NCBI RefSeq assembly: GCF_025526975.1
Contig: NW_026515672.1
Location: 992,001 to 1,056,000, forward strand
Reading direction: 5' to 3'
DNA length: 64,000 nt
Source: Fimicolochytrium jonesii
Taxonomy: Eukaryota
Part shown: piece by piece, positions 60,901-64,000 of the stretch
Position numbering within the stretch: position 1 is the stretch's first letter
Layout: every line of letters starts with the position of its first letter
Position numbers and translations under genes: made by a program
Notes under the pieces: model-generated
What the model was told of the DNA's origin: nothing
Database searches by the model: none
Seen by the model: only the letters and a program-made list of their open reading frames with translations

Positions 60901-61431
60901 AACTTAATCTGGAGCGCCTTCCGGGTCCCTCCCAGGTGTGTGCGGGCAAAAGCGAAATGTGTACATAAAACCATCTTGTTCGTTTCCGCCCCCCTTCCTT
61001 AAAGGCAAGCGTCCTTTCGTGAAGGATTTGGGATCCCCCAGGAAATAACGATAAACGCAGCCATGAGCTCCATTGTAACTAGGTCTGTATATCAGGGAAC
61101 GGTGAATATTCAACCTACGCGACCACAGCCATCTGACCATTCCATCGTTCATGCTTATGACAGGTATGCGTTCTACGACTCCCAGCCTTGCGATCCGGCA
61201 GGTATTTGCCAGTGCTTTTCTCGCGGAACGGTAGCTGAGAATATGCTGAAAGTCGAACCCGCGCTCTTGTTTTTCTTTGTTTTCTTCCCACCTGGAAAAG
61301 TCCAATTGCCCGCCTTGCTTGCGACCAACACAAACACCGCTTCCTGCCGGGCCCCTCGTGTGTGCAAGCGAACCATTCTTAGAGGGTCCTCTTCTACGCA
61401 ATCCCCCATCTACGAAACGGATGATTGCACC

Positions 61432-62630
61432 ATGAATTTGCCGGACTTGCTGAAGCCGGCACAGGACGGGTATCAGATGTACATGAGGGGGAGGCGATAC
61501 GTCGAGTGAGTGGCCCTACATTCCAAACCCGCAGTAACTTTACTTGCTTTTAAATCTTCTTCTTTTCAGTAGCCCGACTTGCTCCGTCCCAAGCCCATTA
61601 GAATCGGTGGATTACTATCTCGGTAAGTCCATTCAAGATCTTAGGACTACCTGAGATCAGCCTCTCATCTGGTTCTCCACCTTCAAAGCCGACGGGAAAT
61701 GCCACAGGGCGAACTCCGGCGTAATTTGGTTTACCGCCAATTGCACTACTGGCATTTTCACCCAGTACACCGATCAGAATTGCCTGACGACCCCGAACGC
61801 CACGTCCTTCCGGGGTGACTCCCAGTGCATTGAACAGTACATCGTCAATGGAACAACCAGACAGTTTAGCGTGTTTGACGTGGGCTGTCTCGACGGCGGT
61901 GCTTTGATGGGGATGGTTCCACAGCCCATGTCAAAGCAATCAACGTCATCCATTCCTTCCGCGACCTCGTCGACCATGCCCTCCTCCGGGACCTCGAACG
62001 CGGACGATGCTGCTGCAGAAATCCAAGGAGTGGGGGACCCGGATAGTGGCAACACTTGGAAAATCGCTGTCGGAGGTACGTCGCCCGAACTGATATCCTA
62101 CTTTTCTTTTTTTCACACTCGCGACATATCTTTCTCTCCCCACGCCATCGCTAACATGCATCACCGTTCTATCCTCCCCAGTCGTCATTCCAATTGTTGT
62201 CCTCGGCCTAGCCCTCGCCTACTTCGTCTACCGCCGCCACACCCGCCCGCAATCCACAAAAGCCACAACCCTCCCGTCTGTCGTGCAGGCTTCCACCTAC
62301 GGCCCCCCATCCGTCTCACCGGTCGCCTCAGTCATCCCTGCGGAGAGGTATGCCCATTCCTACGCGCCAACCGATACCGTCCACAGCACCGCCGTGCACA
62401 CCGAGTCCCAGATGAGCAGGAGCGCCGCCTCCCCCAGCCGCGTCGGCTCCCCGGACGGCAGCACCTACTCCTACGTCTCCTCGCCACCCACGCGCCATCC
62501 CTCTCTCTACGCGCGCAACCCGACCCTGGACGCGCCACCCCAATACGACACCCTCCCCGCGCGCACGCCCGCGGAACCCTTGCAGGAGATTGCCGTCCCG
62601 TCGCACATGACCGGGGACAAGATGAGTTGA
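61432..62630 (+). CDS. Single-pass membrane protein (Cys-containing ectodomain, Ser/Thr stalk, PPxY tail); 5' end uncertain
   Basis: Spliced ...GKCHRANSG..ANCTTG..QNC..QC..GC.., S/T-rich stalk, TM IAVGVVIPIVVLGLALAYFVYRRH, tail with PPQY. Confidence 0.55.
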
Positions 62631-62754
62631 TTACGGTTCGAGCGATGGTAGCCCATCATCTCAACCCTCGCCGCGTCTAGATCTACTCCCGTTCACCCAG
62701 TACAACACCCCCACATCGCAGGTCCTGCGCCCGGGTCAGAGGCCATCTGCAACT

Positions 62755-62883
62755 CATAGACCGCTCTCAAATGTATGTACATATCTTGTACATTGTTCAT
62801 AGACCGCTCTCAAATGTATGTACATATCTTGTACGTTGTTCATAGACCGCTCTCAAATGTATGTACATATCTTGTACGTTGTT
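62755..62883. repeat. 43-bp minisatellite x3
   Basis: catagaccgctctcaaatgtatgtacatatcttgtac(a/g)ttgtt at 62755, 62798, 62841. Confidence 0.97.
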
Positions 62884-63269
62884 CGTCTGAAGAAACACGT
62901 CTGGCAGCCGCGCGCAGCACATGGACCCGAACAGCCCGGCTCACGCATCTAAATAAAGTCTTCCATAGTTGATCTCGTAGTGCACGAAAAAGGACCGGGT
63001 TACTTGGTGAGAACTCTCCTTACCTTCTTTTGTTGCTGGGACGCCGGTATTGAATTGCTCTACCCCTGCTCTCAGGAGAACGAACTTCCGGCCCCTGTCC
63101 ACGGCGGCGGGAGGACCCCCCTGACCAATCCAGTCCCAGACATCAGTTGTCCCACCTTGAAAAGATAAGTGGACCTTTTACCTTAAAGTGCCCTGGAATT
63201 GGAAGCGGCGCAAGTTGCATGCTGTTGAGCTTCATCCCTCAACAAGGGTATCATGCTGGCAAAAGCAGT

Positions 63270-63600
63270 GTGACGAGCCTGAATCCGTGTAATCCCATTT
63301 GCTACGGTGTCGGTAGTAGAAGCTCGGGGCAAAGGCGTCTGCTCTCGTCCCGGAAGCAGATGAGAAGATGATTACCCGGTGTCGTTCGCGCCCGGAGGTC
63401 TCCTTTGTTCGGCTCTTGTCCCAGAGGGATGGGCCACTTCAGCGTAAGGGTATGATACCACATAAGTGGGTCACAGGCCTGAACCCGTATAATCCCGCTT
63501 GCTACGGTGTCGGTAGTAGAAGCTTGGGGTCAAGGCGTTCGCTTGAAAAGCGGATGATAAGATGATTAGCCGGTGTCGTTCGCGCCCGGAGGTCTCCTTG
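63270..63600. repeat. Diverged ~130-bp direct duplication (~200-bp spacing)
   Basis: gcctgaa(t/c)ccgt(g/a)taatccc..ttgctacggtgtcggtagtagaagct...aagatgatta(c/g)ccggtgtcgttcgcgcccggaggtctcctt at ~63277 and ~63477. Confidence 0.88.
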
Positions 63601-64000
63601 GCCCTGCCCTTACCTCTTACTTGCGTCCATGCAATTGCAGCAAGGCCATGTGCAGCGCTCGAGCATCTGTGCCCGATTCTTCCCTTTCGCTTATTTGTTT
63701 TGCTCAGAGAGGTCAAGATTCTGAGCAGAAAGTTAGTAGGCTGATCATAACCCAGCTTCGCAAGCCTATTGCGTTCACATCTTTTCAAACGGCCAATTTT
63801 TCCAGAGTTGAGTAAGTGAGTGGAGGCAAATATGTTTCCACACGTAGATGCTCGATGCTTTTTTTCATACATCTTTCTGGGCTTTTACCTTTTTGTACCC
63901 GAGCTGCCAACTTTGCGGTCGAGTCACAATCAAATACGCGGCCCGTGATGAAATCGTTCCACGGAAAAGAGAAGGGGAAGAGACCACTCACTGTCCATTT

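Noticed and set aside
62755..62883. CRISPR-like array
   Set aside because: Head-to-tail units with no unique spacers, eukaryotic context, no cas genes: a minisatellite.
63277..63360. SRP RNA (tgtaatccc Alu-like motif, ggaagcag)
   Set aside because: Only short partial matches, not kept in the second copy; no complete helix 8.

Overview
Intron-rich eukaryotic DNA (GT-AG introns, fused urease, Mgm101, GH28), most consistent with an early-diverging, chytrid-like fungus (inference). About 1-44.4 kb is gene-dense core genome: an animal/plant-type CTC1 (missed by the ORF track because it runs off the left edge), an RWD-RBR E3 ligase, a hAT-derived BED-finger gene, urease, Mgm101-like, glutaredoxin, Vps72/YL1, DHHC palmitoyltransferase, glucosidase I, a ~1580-aa acidic repeat protein ending in CaaX, mitochondrial phosphate carrier, Rrn3, an FAD amine oxidase, a 9-exon ERH (also missed by the track), Emg1 and a rhamnogalacturonase-like GH28. 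A complete, apparently recent Ngaro-type tyrosine-recombinase retrotransposon (4530-9754; identical split direct repeats A1...B1-A2-B2) sits in this core. It has an apparent 4-bp target duplication, a pol frame open across all of gag, and variant catalytic motifs. About 44.5-64 kb is accessory and partly decayed: an ABC-transporter fragment, an HNH-nuclease gene between hairpin repeats and telomere-like repeats, a split Fic gene, a probable TnpB/Fanzor remnant, a 7TM protein, surface proteins and duplicated, possibly structured repeats. Homology calls are from recognised motifs only; no searches were run and exon boundaries are manual.
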